This document shows, in pieces, positions 1 to 10,087 of a stretch of DNA of 64,000 nucleotides (position 1 is the first letter of the stretch; each line of letters opens with the position of its first letter). The stretch is taken from the NCBI GenBank assembly GCA_030681365.1, contig JAUXWH010000292.1:8959-72958 (forward strand), in the 5' to 3' direction. The translations under genes and the position numbers were made by a program. The notes under the pieces were generated by a model. The model ran no database searches. It saw nothing but the letters and a program-made list of their open reading frames with translations, and was not told where the DNA came from. The DNA comes from Bradyrhizobium sp. GTDB taxonomy: Bacteria; Pseudomonadota; Alphaproteobacteria; Rhizobiales; Xanthobacteraceae.

Positions 1-281
1 CACAACCGGCCGGCCTCGTCGCGCGGCGACAGCTTCAGCCGCGGCCCGAGATAGAACAGGATGTTGGCGGCCTGGGCGATGGTCAGGCGGCCCGCTTTCA
101 GGAAGAGCGGCGCGAACGGCGGGCGCTTGTCGCGCGCGCCTTTCATCATCGCCAGCATGCGGTCCATGCCGCCGGCCTTGCGGGCGACATCGTCATAGGC
201 GGCACCGGCCTCTTCCAGCGCCAGCCGCACGAATTCGCCGCGGCCCTGGATTTCCGGCCAGTAGAACAGTTGGTACTTCAT
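1..281 (-). CDS. Glutathione S-transferase (5' part; runs off the window start)
   Basis: Manual translation from ATG 281: MKYQLFYWPEIQGRGEFVRLALEEAG...PPFAPLFLK..Q.ANIL.YL, typical GST N-terminal domain. Confidence 0.85.
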   Translation of the reverse strand, partial: MKYQLFYWPEIQGRGEFVRLALEEAGAAYDDVARKAGGMDRMLAMMKGARDKRPPFAPLFLKAGRLTIAQAANILFYLGPRLKLSPRDEAGRL

Positions 282-285
282 CGCC

Positions 286-1578
286 TTATCCCGCCACCAG
301 CCGCACCGGACTGTCCGGCGGCGGCACAGGACGGTCGCCGACGACGCGGTTACGGCCGGCCGCCTTGGCCTGGTACAGCCGCTGGTCGGCGACCTCGAAC
401 AGCGTGTCGTAGTCGCTGGCGTCGCTGCCGCAATTCGCCACGCCGATGCTGACGGTGAGGCGCGCCGCCGGGTCCTCGACAGGCGCTCCGGAAATACGGC
501 GACGGATGCGCTCGGCCAGCGCCATCGCGTCGTCACCGGCGACGCCGTCGGCAATGACGACGAATTCCTCGCCGCCGAAACGATAGGTGAAATCGGTGAC
601 GCGCGCGGCGGCCATGATGCTGGCGGTGACGCGCTTAAGCATCTTGTCGCCGGCGGCATGGCCGAAGCGATCGTTGAAGGCCTTGAAGTGGTCGATGTCG
701 ATCAGCAGAAACGCCAGCGGACGGCCGGCGACGGCGGCGTTCTCCACCGCGCGGCGGCCGTAGGATTCCAGCGAATGACGATCGAGCGCGCCGGTCAGCG
801 CATCGCAGCCGGTGCGGGCCAGCAGGTCCTCATAGCGTTCGCGATAGGTCAGCGTGTCGAAAATGTCGGACAGGCGCTGTGCCTTGCGGCGGCCAAGCGG
901 CTGTTCGACATACACCAGATAGATGGTGCCCAGCACCGCATAGACGGCGACCGCGCCCATCTTGGCCACCCAGCCGCCGAACAGCACCGGCAGCCCGGCC
1001 CCGGTCAGCATATTGAGGCCGAGGAAGAACGCCACCTGGTCGAAGGTCAGCACCAGCGCGCCGCACACCGCCAGCCGCGGAAAGACACGGCCGCCGAACC
1101 AGGCGCGCGAGCGCTCGTACAGCAGGATGATGATGATGCAGTCGAAGAACAGGATCGCCGTTCCCCACACCATCAACGCGCCCATCTCGTTGAGGAAGCC
1201 GAAATCGGCGGCGCGGTCCGGTCCGAGCGGGACGTGATGGCGCATCACGAAGGCGAGCGCGAACAGCAGCACGTTGCCCAGCAGCAGGCCGTAGATCGGC
1301 TGACGCACCACCACCGCATCCTCGCGGATGTAGAGCAGCAGCAGCATCATCAGCTTGCCGGTGAACAGAACGGTCGAGCCCGGCGAGGTGACGATGCCGA
1401 ACGGCAGCGCGACATAGAGGATGCTGGCGAGATAGGTCTCGAGGAAATGCATCACCCCGAGCGCGCAGAAGAAGGCGCCGAGGCCGATCCGGCTGCGCGC
1501 CCGCAATAGCGCCGACAACGCCAAAAAGTAGAGGAGCGCCTCGCCGACCAGCAACAGAACGTTGTTCAGTTCAGGCAT
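286..1578 (-). CDS. Membrane-bound diguanylate cyclase (multi-TM N-terminus + GGDEF)
   Basis: DALTG, DIDHFK..ND..GH..GD, RxxD I-site (RVTD) then RFGGEEF; several hydrophobic helices in the N-terminal ~230 aa; ATG 1578 preferred to GTG 1593. Confidence 0.9.
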   Translation of the reverse strand: MPELNNVLLLVGEALLYFLALSALLRARSRIGLGAFFCALGVMHFLETYLASILYVALPFGIVTSPGSTVLFTGKLMMLLLLYIREDAVVVRQPIYGLLLGNVLLFALAFVMRHHVPLGPDRAADFGFLNEMGALMVWGTAILFFDCIIIILLYERSRAWFGGRVFPRLAVCGALVLTFDQVAFFLGLNMLTGAGLPVLFGGWVAKMGAVAVYAVLGTIYLVYVEQPLGRRKAQRLSDIFDTLTYRERYEDLLARTGCDALTGALDRHSLESYGRRAVENAAVAGRPLAFLLIDIDHFKAFNDRFGHAAGDKMLKRVTASIMAAARVTDFTYRFGGEEFVVIADGVAGDDAMALAERIRRRISGAPVEDPAARLTVSIGVANCGSDASDYDTLFEVADQRLYQAKAAGRNRVVGDRPVPPPDSPVRLVAG

Positions 1579-1710
1579 GGCGGTGCCGGTCACGCATTTG
1601 CGCGTGCGATGGGCGACCGCACCGGCGGTCTGCCGGTATCGCTTTTAATTTCAATCGCCGGGGAATTCCAGCCCGGATTTTAGGCGCTCACCCAGGACGA
1701 ATCACCGGCG

Positions 1711-2370
1711 CTAGTTTGCCGCGAAGCAATACAGCAGGCCGTCGCCGCCGGTGCCGCGCAGATCGGTCTGGGCGCAGCCGCCGCCGGGACCGCGCGACGG
1801 GTGCGACGAGTTCCAGGACTTCGATGCGTCGTCGTCGCGCAAGCCGATGCGATCATGATGGCCGACCATGGCGGCGCCCTGCCCGCTGCTGGTCCAGTTG
1901 CCACAAGTCATGTCCTTGTCGGGCGGAAAGGCGGTGCCGTCGGGCTGCGATCCGGTCAGAATGTCGTGCCGGTTCGGCGTGTCGCCGCGGCCATTGATGA
2001 GTTCACCCTTCTCCGAGAGGGCGGTTGCCTTGGTGAGCATGTTGGTGCCGTGCAACTCGGCGACGTCTTTGGCAATGACGACACCCTTGGCGTTCATCCA
2101 CGGCCCCTTGCCGATACGGTCGCGGGCATTCACCGCGCCGGCGCCCTGGGTCGACAGATAGGCTCTCCAGGTCTTGCCCCCCGCGCCAGCCGCGGCGGCG
2201 AGTTGCTGGCAATGCGCGTCGGCGCCGGCCAGGCCACCGAGGTCGGCGCCTTTGCCGGGGCCGACGCTGGTGATGAAAAATCCCATCTCGGTTTGCTGCG
2301 CCTGCAATGGCGCAGCGCACAAAACACCGACCGCCGCCACAAGCGCCGCACCCAGTTGTAGACGCGTCAT
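1711..2370 (-). CDS. Secreted lectin-like/endostatin-like (DUF1554-type) protein
   Basis: Signal peptide from ATG 2370; GGLAGADAHCQQLA..TWRAYLS, C.NWTS and LYCF motifs. Confidence 0.7.
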   Translation of the reverse strand: MTRLQLGAALVAAVGVLCAAPLQAQQTEMGFFITSVGPGKGADLGGLAGADAHCQQLAAAAGAGGKTWRAYLSTQGAGAVNARDRIGKGPWMNAKGVVIAKDVAELHGTNMLTKATALSEKGELINGRGDTPNRHDILTGSQPDGTAFPPDKDMTCGNWTSSGQGAAMVGHHDRIGLRDDDASKSWNSSHPSRGPGGGCAQTDLRGTGGDGLLYCFAAN

Positions 2371-2455
2371 CGGAACCTCCCGGCCGTGGCAGGGCCTTAT
2401 CGCCCGCCTTCGCCGAGCAGAACCCCGGCCAGCGGCCCGTATTCCATCGCGCAAA

Positions 2456-2481
2456 CAAAAAGCCCGGCGTCGCCGCCGGGC
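2456..2481 (-). terminator. Rho-independent terminator after the cold-shock gene
   Basis: Minus strand GCCCGGCG-loop-CGCCGGGC followed by a T run. Confidence 0.7.
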
Positions 2482-2507
2482 CTGTTCTCACCATCTGTGA
2501 AACTGGC

Positions 2508-2711
2508 TCAGGCCGGCTGCAGGTTGCCCGCAGCCTGCTTGCCGCGCTCGGTCACGATTTCAAAGCTGATCTTCTGGCCTTCGGCCAGCGAGCGCATGCC
2601 GGCGCGCTCCACGGCGGTGATGTGCACGAACACATCCTTCGATCCGTCATCCGGCTGAATGAAGCCGAAGCCTTTTTGGGTATTGAAAAACTTCACAGTT
2701 CCGACAGGCAT
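2508..2711 (-). CDS. cspA: Cold-shock protein
   Basis: GTVKFFN..KGFGFI.PDDG.KDVFVH (RNP1/RNP2), 67 aa. Confidence 0.95.
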   Translation of the reverse strand: MPVGTVKFFNTQKGFGFIQPDDGSKDVFVHITAVERAGMRSLAEGQKISFEIVTERGKQAAGNLQPA

Positions 2712-3016
2712 CCGTAGTCCCTTTCACGCTTTCCGTTTTGACGTCCATGGCGCTCATCGCCGGGACGGCAACACTTGAGAGTTTTGCGAGTCACTTGAGT
2801 CGCAGCCCAAAGTGTCGGGAGCGTGTCAGCAAGATGAGGCCGAAAACCAGGTTGCGGGCGGCGACATAAAACGAAATCGATTCGAGGTCAACGGCGGGCC
2901 GCACCTGACGCGGGGCGCCGCCGATCGCCATCCGCATGTCGGCGCGCGGTCGCGCGGCGCTTTATGTGTTTGGTAATGGATGCTGGATAATTTGCCGCGG
3001 CTGCCGGGGGCGACCG

Positions 3017-3031
3017 TTAACGAGAAGTAAA
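3017..3031. promoter_or_regulatory. CtrA-like box upstream of the PilZ gene
   Basis: TTAA-CGAGAAG-TAAA (consensus TTAA-N7-TTAA). Confidence 0.55.
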
Positions 3032-3063
3032 ACTCCCGCGCTCCGGCAGCGCTGCAGGAAAAA

Positions 3064-3402
3064 ATGTTCGACGAACAAAGGAAGTCACGACGCCGGCCGG
3101 TCAGCTACACCGCGTGGATCGCACTCAAGAACGGCCCCCACGGCTGCGTCTTGTCCGACGTGTCTGAGACCGGCGCCCGCATTGCCATCGAAGACGGCGA
3201 GAACATCCCCGACAGCTTTGTGCTGCTGCTGGCCGGCAATGGATCGGCCCGCCGGACCTGCGACGTGGTCTGGCGCGAGCGCTTTCAGGTGGGTGTCCGG
3301 TTCCGCCTGCCGGGTGAAGGCAAAAAGGCCGTGAAGCTTCCCGCCGCGACCGCTCTCAACGAAACGGCGGCACCCGAGGGCGCCGCCGCTAAATCCGTCT
3401 GA
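3064..3402 (+). CDS. Single-domain PilZ c-di-GMP receptor
   Basis: RKSRR (RxxxR) and DVSETG (DxSxxG) motifs. Confidence 0.9.
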   Translation: MFDEQRKSRRRPVSYTAWIALKNGPHGCVLSDVSETGARIAIEDGENIPDSFVLLLAGNGSARRTCDVVWRERFQVGVRFRLPGEGKKAVKLPAATALNETAAPEGAAAKSV

Positions 3403-3426
3403 CGCCGGCTGTTCAGCCGGCGCGCA

Positions 3427-4413
3427 TTACGCCTGCTGGATCGCCGACAGCTTCCAGTCGCGACCGGCCGAACGCTGGAACGTCCACAGCTCGGTGACCT
3501 CGCCCGGCTCGCCGCCTTCGACGGTGGCGCCGGTGTTGCGGTCGACCATCCGGTCGGTGAGCGCAAAGCGCATCGCGACCGTGGCGTATTCGGCGCCGTC
3601 CTCGCGCCAGGCTTCGGCCAGGTCGCCCTGCAGCAGCTTCACGTCGGTGATCCGGTTGACCACGCCACGTTCGGCATTTGCCGCCAGTTCCTCGGAGAAG
3701 TAGGTCGCCATCTCCGGCGTGACGTAGGCGCGCAGCGAGGCCTCGTCTTCCGCCGAATAAGCCGTCTGCACCTCGCCGAGCAGTTTTTCGAACTCCTCAT
3801 AGTCGGCCTCGACCACGGCCAGCGGCGCGCCGGCCGGCTTGTTGCCGCCGAACAAGGTGCCGAGACCGGTGAACTGGGCCGGCGAGGATGCCGGGGCCGG
3901 GCCAGTGGCCGGGCCGGAACCGGCCGGACCGGCATATGCCGGGGCCGCGGCGGGCGCGTTGCGGCGCTGCCACCAGTTAAAGGCCAGCCGCGCCACGATG
4001 ACGATCAGCAGCAATTGAAGCATCAGGCCGATGAACGAGGCGAAACCGGCCATGCCGCCGAACAGGCCGCTGCCGAACAACAGGCCGAACAGGCCGGCGC
4101 CGATGAAACCGGCCGCCAGGCCGCCCATCAGGCCGCCGCCGAACATACCGGCGCGGGGCGCAGCTGCCGCTGCACCCGCAGCGGCACCGGCGGGCGCGCC
4201 TGCAACCGGCGCGGCCGGCTGGGTCGTCGAGCGCTGGATCGGCTGCGCCTGCGTCGGCGCGGTCTTGGTCGCCGGCGGCGCCATGAAGGTGCGGTTGCCG
4301 CGGCTGCCGCCGGAGAACCCGCGGCCAGCGCGGGCGTCGGCGTAGTCGGCAGCGACAAGAATGAACGCCGAGGTGACGGCGGCGAGTGCGATCAGCAGAC
4401 GGTAACGCATCAT
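3427..4413 (-). CDS. Tim44-domain membrane protein
   Basis: Signal peptide, GGSRG.RT, Gly-rich TM segment, C-terminal ELWTF.R....WKLSAIQQ; start MMRY at 4413. Confidence 0.85.
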   Translation of the reverse strand: MMRYRLLIALAAVTSAFILVAADYADARAGRGFSGGSRGNRTFMAPPATKTAPTQAQPIQRSTTQPAAPVAGAPAGAAAGAAAAAPRAGMFGGGLMGGLAAGFIGAGLFGLLFGSGLFGGMAGFASFIGLMLQLLLIVIVARLAFNWWQRRNAPAAAPAYAGPAGSGPATGPAPASSPAQFTGLGTLFGGNKPAGAPLAVVEADYEEFEKLLGEVQTAYSAEDEASLRAYVTPEMATYFSEELAANAERGVVNRITDVKLLQGDLAEAWREDGAEYATVAMRFALTDRMVDRNTGATVEGGEPGEVTELWTFQRSAGRDWKLSAIQQA

Positions 4414-4603
4414 GGTGTGGGCCCCGGGGTAAATGAGTGGCATCGACAATAGGTATGAATCGGCCGGTTTGTAAGTGGCTGCCGGAGGCTGCGGCCCAAA
4501 GCCGCGGCGTCTCGCCGCAGTCACGGGAATGTCAAGCAAACGAACCGGAACCGGCAGGCTTCGGCCGCCTTGTTACTGCGGAGGGCTGACGGAGCCGAAT
4601 GTC

Positions 4604-4849
4604 ATGAAAGCAGTTGTTCTGGCCGCTACTTTGCTGACCTTGCTGGGCGGAACCGCCCACGCCAAACTGGCCCCCTACGAGCCGGGCCGTTCGGCCCTAG
4701 CCGACTTTGCCGCCCCGGCCCAGCCGCTCGCCGCCGTGCGTGAATCGCACTATTTCAACGCGCCGCCGGCCCCACGCGCCGCCGGCCAGGTGCGTTGCCG
4801 GACCCATATCAGCCTGTTCGACAAGATGGAACTGGCGCAGTGGTGTTGA
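4604..4849 (+). CDS. Small secreted hypothetical protein with two C-terminal Cys
   Basis: GGAG RBS; MKAVVLAATLLTLLGGTAHA signal peptide. Confidence 0.6.
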   Translation: MKAVVLAATLLTLLGGTAHAKLAPYEPGRSALADFAAPAQPLAAVRESHYFNAPPAPRAAGQVRCRTHISLFDKMELAQWC

Positions 4850-4864
4850 CAGCCGGACCGGCCG

Positions 4865-7432
4865 TCACGCTTTCGCCAGCGTCTCTTTCACTTCGGCGAC
4901 CAGCTGCTTGAGCGTGAACGGCTTGGCGAGGAACGCATATTGTTCCTGGCTGGGCAGGTTCTTGGCGAAAGCCTCTTCGGCATAGCCGGACACGAAGATA
5001 ATCTTCACGTTGGGGTCGCGCGCGCGCAATTCCTTCAGAAGCGTCGGCCCGTCCATCTCCGGCATCACCACGTCCGACACGACCAGGTCGACGTGGCCCT
5101 CCTTCTCCAGCACTTCCAGCGCCTCGACGCCGTTGCTGGCCTCCAGCACGGTATAACCGCGCGAGGCGAGCCCGCGGGCATTGAGCGCGCGCAGGCCCTC
5201 CTCGTCCTCGACCAGCAGGATGATGCCCTGCCCGGTCAGATCGGCCGCCGCGGTCTTGGCCATTGAATCGGCGGCCGAGATGGCGCCATCGATAGCCGGC
5301 TGGAGCGTCGCCGCGATCGGGGCTGCTTCCTCCTCGACGCCCGGAATATGGCGCGGCAGGAAGATGCGGAACGACGTGCGGCCCGGCTCGCTGTCGGCAT
5401 AGACGAAGCCGCCGGTCTGCTTGACGATGCCATAGACCGTCGACAGGCCGAGGCCGGTGCCCTTGCCGACATCCTTGGTGGAGAAAAACGGCTCGAAAAT
5501 CTTCTCGATGATGTCGGGCGGAATGCCGGTGCCGGTGTCGGACACTTCGACCAGCACGTAGTCGGCCGCCGGCATGCCCTTGTAGCCATAATGCGCCACG
5601 GCGTCGGCGCTGACATTGGCGGTGCGCACCGTCAGCTTGCCGCCGTCCGGCATGGCGTCGCGGGCGTTGACCGCCAGATTGACCACCACCTGTTCGAATT
5701 GCGAGATGTCGACCTTGACCGGCCACAGGTCGCGGCCGTGCACCACCTCCAGCGTCACCTTCTCGCCGATCAGCCGCTTCAGCAGCATGCCGAGATCGCT
5801 CAGCGACTCGCCGAGGTCGAGCACCTGCGGCCGCAGCGTCTGCTTGCGCGAGAACGCCAGCAGTTGGCGCACCAGCGCCGCGGCGCGGTTGGCGTTCTGC
5901 TTGATCTGGATGATGTCCTGGAACGACGGATCGGTCGGCTTGTGCGCGTTGAGCAGGAAGTCGGTCGCCATCATGATGGCGGACAGCACGTTGTTGAAGT
6001 CGTGGGCGATGCCGCCGGCAAGCTGGCCGACCGACTCCATCTTCTGCTGCTGGTAGACCCGGTTCTCCAGCGTGCGCTGCGCCGTGGTCTCCAGCGCATA
6101 GACGATCGCGGCTTCGCGGTCGCTGTCGTCGTCCTCTACTGCCGACACGAAATAATTGGCCCAGCGTTCGCCGGGTCCTTCGAGCGCCGCTTCGACCGGG
6201 GCGATGTCGCCCTGCCCTTCGGCCGCCTTGCGAATGGCCGCTTCCAGCGCCGGCCGGTCGCGCTCGGCGACCGTCGCCAGGATCGAGCGGTCGTCCTTGA
6301 TCAGGCCCTCGAAGGCGGAGGCAAAGCGCGCATTGCTGCGGGCGATGCGCCCGGTGCGGTCGACCGTGGCAATGGCCATCGGCGTGTTCTGGAAGAAGCG
6401 CATGAAGCGCACTTCCGCCGCCCGCTGCGGATCGGTGCCGTCGTCGCGGGCGCGGTTTAGCACCAGCGTGCGCGACGCGCCGACCGCACCGTCGGCGCCG
6501 AAGGCGACCTTGTGGAACAGCCGCACCGGCACCGGCTTGCCGCTGCGGGTCTTGAGGTCGAGATCGAGCACCTCGGTCAGCACTTCGCCGGGCGCGGCAT
6601 TGATCGTCAGCAGCGCGGCGCCTTCGCCGGCGACGATGTCGGTCAGCTTCAGCGAACCGGCGCCGACCTGCGCCAGGTCGTGATCGAGCCAGGTCGCCAG
6701 CGTGGCGTTGAGATAGATGATGTCGCCGGCGGCATCGACCGAGAAGAAGCCGGCCGGCGCATGGTCGAGATAGTCGATGGCGTGCTGCAGTTCCTGGAAC
6801 ACGTTCTCCTGCCGCTCGCGCTCGCGGGTGACGTCGGCGATCGACCACACGGTCAGGCGCGCATCGCGGCGGCTGTCGCCGAGGGGCCGCACCCGCATCC
6901 GCAGCCAGCGCGCGCCCTCGGTGGTGACGCCGGCGACCCGCACTTCTTCCTGCAGCCTGCGGCCTTCGCGCGCCGCCTTGAGCAGCCGGTAGATCGACTC
7001 GGAGACGTCGGGATCGCCGATGAAGACCCGCTCGATCGGCCGCGCGTCGTTGGCGTCGGCGGCGCCGATCAGGTCGAGATAGGTGGCGTTGGCGTAGAAC
7101 GGGCGGCCGGCCTGATCGGTCACCAGAATGCCGTCGAAGGCGTTGTCGACCACCGCCTTGAGCAGTGGATGGCCCTGGTCGCGGCTGGCGAGCCGCATGA
7201 TGCCGGAGGCGAGCGCGAACAGCGAGAAGACGCCGACGGTGGCCAGCAGCGCCAGCAGCGCCAGAATGTAGGTGCCGGCGTAGTCGCGGCCGACATAGAC
7301 GATGCCGACACCGGCGGCGACCAGCCCGACCACGACCAGCAGCACCATGCCGACCGAACCGCTGCGCGGCGCGCTCTCGCTTTTGTCGAAAGCCTGCCGC
7401 CCCTGCCCTGTTGCCGGTTCCTGCCCTGCCAT
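4865..7432 (-). CDS. cckA: Cell-cycle hybrid histidine kinase CckA
   Basis: 2 TM, PAS domains, [10 protein letters not shown]-box, HATPase (GKGTGLGL), receiver (DVVMP); typical position next to flhB; start MAGQ at 7432. Confidence 0.92.
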   Translation of the reverse strand: MAGQEPATGQGRQAFDKSESAPRSGSVGMVLLVVVGLVAAGVGIVYVGRDYAGTYILALLALLATVGVFSLFALASGIMRLASRDQGHPLLKAVVDNAFDGILVTDQAGRPFYANATYLDLIGAADANDARPIERVFIGDPDVSESIYRLLKAAREGRRLQEEVRVAGVTTEGARWLRMRVRPLGDSRRDARLTVWSIADVTRERERQENVFQELQHAIDYLDHAPAGFFSVDAAGDIIYLNATLATWLDHDLAQVGAGSLKLTDIVAGEGAALLTINAAPGEVLTEVLDLDLKTRSGKPVPVRLFHKVAFGADGAVGASRTLVLNRARDDGTDPQRAAEVRFMRFFQNTPMAIATVDRTGRIARSNARFASAFEGLIKDDRSILATVAERDRPALEAAIRKAAEGQGDIAPVEAALEGPGERWANYFVSAVEDDDSDREAAIVYALETTAQRTLENRVYQQQKMESVGQLAGGIAHDFNNVLSAIMMATDFLLNAHKPTDPSFQDIIQIKQNANRAAALVRQLLAFSRKQTLRPQVLDLGESLSDLGMLLKRLIGEKVTLEVVHGRDLWPVKVDISQFEQVVVNLAVNARDAMPDGGKLTVRTANVSADAVAHYGYKGMPAADYVLVEVSDTGTGIPPDIIEKIFEPFFSTKDVGKGTGLGLSTVYGIVKQTGGFVYADSEPGRTSFRIFLPRHIPGVEEEAAPIAATLQPAIDGAISAADSMAKTAAADLTGQGIILLVEDEEGLRALNARGLASRGYTVLEASNGVEALEVLEKEGHVDLVVSDVVMPEMDGPTLLKELRARDPNVKIIFVSGYAEEAFAKNLPSQEQYAFLAKPFTLKQLVAEVKETLAKA

Positions 7433-7577
7433 CTCGACCTTTGCCTCGCCGCAGCGAGAGCTGCGCGCCGCGTCTCCTGAGTGCCTTATAGTGCCCGGCG
7501 CGCGCAAGAGCCTGTCCGCGCCGAATCAGGCTTTTGCCGGTGTTTCGCCGCTCGGAGGCCCAGGATCGCCGCAAAAG

Positions 7578-8648
7578 CTAGCGGCGCAACGACCGGCGCA
7601 GCTTCATCACATAGCCGATGACTTCCGCAACCGCCTTATAGTGTTCCGGCGGGATCGCCTGATCAATCTCGACCGTGGCGTGCAAGGTGCGCGCCAGCGG
7701 CGGGTTTTCGACGATCGGGATGTCGTGCGCGCCGGCAATTTCCCTGATTTTCAGGGCCATCAAGTCCATGCCCTTGGCCAGGCAGATCGGCGCCTCCATG
7801 CCGCGCTCGTATTGCAGGGCGACGGCGTAATGGGTTGGATTGGTGATGATGACGGTCGCCTTGGGAACCGCCACGATCATGCGGCGCCGCGCCCGCATCT
7901 GACGCATCTGCTTCAGCTTGCCCTTGATGGTCGGATCGCCTTCGGACTGCTTGAACTCCTCCTTGAGTTCCCGCATCGACATCTTCTGCTTCTCGTGCCA
8001 CTGCCGGTACTGGAACAGGTAGTCGGCGGCGGCCACGATGGCGAGGATCGCGATCACCGCGATCATCATCTTCATCGCCAGCGACAGGGTCAGCGACATG
8101 ATCGCCATCGGATCGGTCTGCACGAAACTTTCGAACCGGCTGCGCTCCGGCCACATCAGCACCGTCATCACGCTGCCGATCAGCACCAGCTTGACGATGC
8201 CCTTGACGAAATTGGCGATCGCCTGCTTGGAGAACAGCCGCTTGAGGCCGGCCAGCGGCGATATCTTGGAGAGTTTCGGCTTCAGCGACTCGTAGGACCA
8301 CACCATCTTGTGTTGGATCATGTTGCCGGCGAGCGCCGCCAGCATCAGCAGCAGAAACGGCAGCGCAACGGCCGCCAGCATCTCGATGCCGAGTTTCTGA
8401 AACAGCCGCGGCAGCGCGTTGCCGTCGACGCTGATCTGATGCGAATTGGCGATCAGCCCGCGCATGGTGGTGGTCAGGCTGGCGTTCATGGTGCCGGAGA
8501 ACATCATCAGCACCAGCGTGCCGCCGGCGATGACGAACCAGGTGCTGACCTCCTGACTCTTGACGACGTCGCCTTTCTTGAGCGCGTCGTCGAGTTTCTT
8601 CTGTGTAGGTTCTTCTGTCTTGTCGCTCTTGTCGGGTTCGTCAGCCAT
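7578..8648 (-). CDS. flhB: Flagellar export protein FlhB
   Basis: KTEEPT, EGDP, TNPTHY autocleavage motif, ENPPLAR. Confidence 0.97.
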   Translation of the reverse strand: MADEPDKSDKTEEPTQKKLDDALKKGDVVKSQEVSTWFVIAGGTLVLMMFSGTMNASLTTTMRGLIANSHQISVDGNALPRLFQKLGIEMLAAVALPFLLLMLAALAGNMIQHKMVWSYESLKPKLSKISPLAGLKRLFSKQAIANFVKGIVKLVLIGSVMTVLMWPERSRFESFVQTDPMAIMSLTLSLAMKMMIAVIAILAIVAAADYLFQYRQWHEKQKMSMRELKEEFKQSEGDPTIKGKLKQMRQMRARRRMIVAVPKATVIITNPTHYAVALQYERGMEAPICLAKGMDLMALKIREIAGAHDIPIVENPPLARTLHATVEIDQAIPPEHYKAVAEVIGYVMKLRRSLRR

Positions 8649-8660
8649 GTCCGCTCCCGG

Positions 8661-9431
8661 TCAGGCCCGTGGGGCGAGGCTGGACAGAACGCCGGTCAGA
8701 TAATCGGTGAAGGTGCCCATCATGGTGCCGATCACGATCAGCAGCAGCATCAGGCCGAGCAGGATCGACAGCGGCAGGCCGATGAAGAACACCTGCATCT
8801 GCGGCATCAGCCGCGACAGGATGCCGAGGCCGAGATTGAACAAGAGGCCGAAAACCAGAAACGGCGCCGAGAGCTGGATGCCGATGCGGAACGAGGTGGC
8901 GATCACCTGGGTGAAGTGCTGCGCCACGTCGCCGACCAGCGGCAACTGGCCGGGCGCGAAGATGATGTAGCTGTCATTCAGGGCGGCAATCACCAGATGA
9001 TGCAGGTCGGTGGCGAACACCAGCGTGACGCCGACGATGCTGAGGAAATTGCCGAGCAGCATGCCCTGCTGGTTCTGCGTCGGGTCGACCGCGGTGACGA
9101 ATCCGAGCCCGAGTTGCTGGGCCACCACCGAGCCGGCCACCTGCAGCGCCGAAGTCGCCAGCCGCGCCGTCAGGCCGAGCACGGCGCCGATCATGATCTC
9201 CTGAAACAGCAGCACGATCACCGGCCCGAGTGCGTTCAGATCGACGGTATAGGCGCTCTGGTGCGACGGCAGCAGGATGCCGGTCAGCACCAGCGCGATG
9301 CCGAGCCGCACCCGCGACGGCATCGACAGTTCGCCGACGCCGGGCAACAGCATGACCATGGTGCCGATGCGGGCGAAGGTCAGGAGGAAGGCGGCCCCAA
9401 GCGCCGGCAGGAACGAGACGTCGACGTTCAT
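8661..9431 (-). CDS. fliR: Flagellar export protein FliR
   Basis: Hydrophobic 256 aa, RLMPQMQVFF, synteny. Confidence 0.95.
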   Translation of the reverse strand: MNVDVSFLPALGAAFLLTFARIGTMVMLLPGVGELSMPSRVRLGIALVLTGILLPSHQSAYTVDLNALGPVIVLLFQEIMIGAVLGLTARLATSALQVAGSVVAQQLGLGFVTAVDPTQNQQGMLLGNFLSIVGVTLVFATDLHHLVIAALNDSYIIFAPGQLPLVGDVAQHFTQVIATSFRIGIQLSAPFLVFGLLFNLGLGILSRLMPQMQVFFIGLPLSILLGLMLLLIVIGTMMGTFTDYLTGVLSSLAPRA

Positions 9432-9474
9432 CGCTCTTTCCAGACCCGGTCCGTCGCCATGGCCAGCATGGCGG

Positions 9475-9738
9475 CTAACCGCTGATGATGCGGGCGGCGA
9501 TGCTCAGCATCTGGGCGTGCAGTTTTTCCGCCATGAAAGGCAGCGCAATCAGCAGCGACACGAAGATGGCTAATATCTTCGGCACGAAGGCAATGGTCAT
9601 TTCCTGGATCTGCGTCAGCGCCTGCAGCAGCGAAATCGCGACGCCGACCCCCAGCCCCACCAGCATGACCGGCGCCGACATGATGATCAGCGTGTAGATC
9701 GCCTCACGCGCGACGTCGAGAACCTCGGGACCGGTCAT
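9475..9738 (-). CDS. fliQ: Flagellar export protein FliQ
   Basis: QALTQIQEMT..FVPK. Confidence 0.97.
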   Translation of the reverse strand: MTGPEVLDVAREAIYTLIIMSAPVMLVGLGVGVAISLLQALTQIQEMTIAFVPKILAIFVSLLIALPFMAEKLHAQMLSIAARIISG

Positions 9739-10061
9739 CAGATCGGCATCCGCATGATTTCCTCGTAGGCGGCGATCACCTTGTCGCGCACCGCCACCAC
9801 CGCATCGATGGCGACTTCGGTTTCCGCCACCGCGGTGACCACGTCAACCATGTTGGAATTGCCGTTGACCATGGCGCGGCTCTGCATGTCCGATTTCCGG
9901 CCGGTCTCGTTGACCGCGTCCATCGCTTCCTTGAGCACGGACGTGAAGCTGGTGCCGCTGCCGCGGCCGAGGCCGGCCGCGGAGCCGACGGCGGCGGACG
10001 GATCGGCGGTAATGCGCGCGATATTGGCGTAGGCGCCGGCGGCGGCGAGCGGTGAGGACAT
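9738..10061 (-). CDS. fliE: Hook-basal body protein FliE
   Basis: VRDKVIAAYEEIMRMPI C-terminus. Confidence 0.95.
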   Translation of the reverse strand: MSSPLAAAGAYANIARITADPSAAVGSAAGLGRGSGTSFTSVLKEAMDAVNETGRKSDMQSRAMVNGNSNMVDVVTAVAETEVAIDAVVAVRDKVIAAYEEIMRMPI

Positions 10062-10087
10062 GGCGGTTTAAACCTTTCGGTGATCGG

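Noticed and set aside
4547-4574. GGAAC...TGTT as an EcfG promoter for the 4604 ORF
   Set aside because: Spacing of 19 nt does not fit N16-17
4809-9485. Long alternative ORFs (921 aa at 4809-7574, 727 aa at 7302-9485) and similar ones such as 14487-16070, 32278-35173, 37975-40176 and 44231-45919
   Set aside because: Shadow or antisense frames of well-supported genes in high-GC DNA; Arg/Ala/Gly-rich with no motifs
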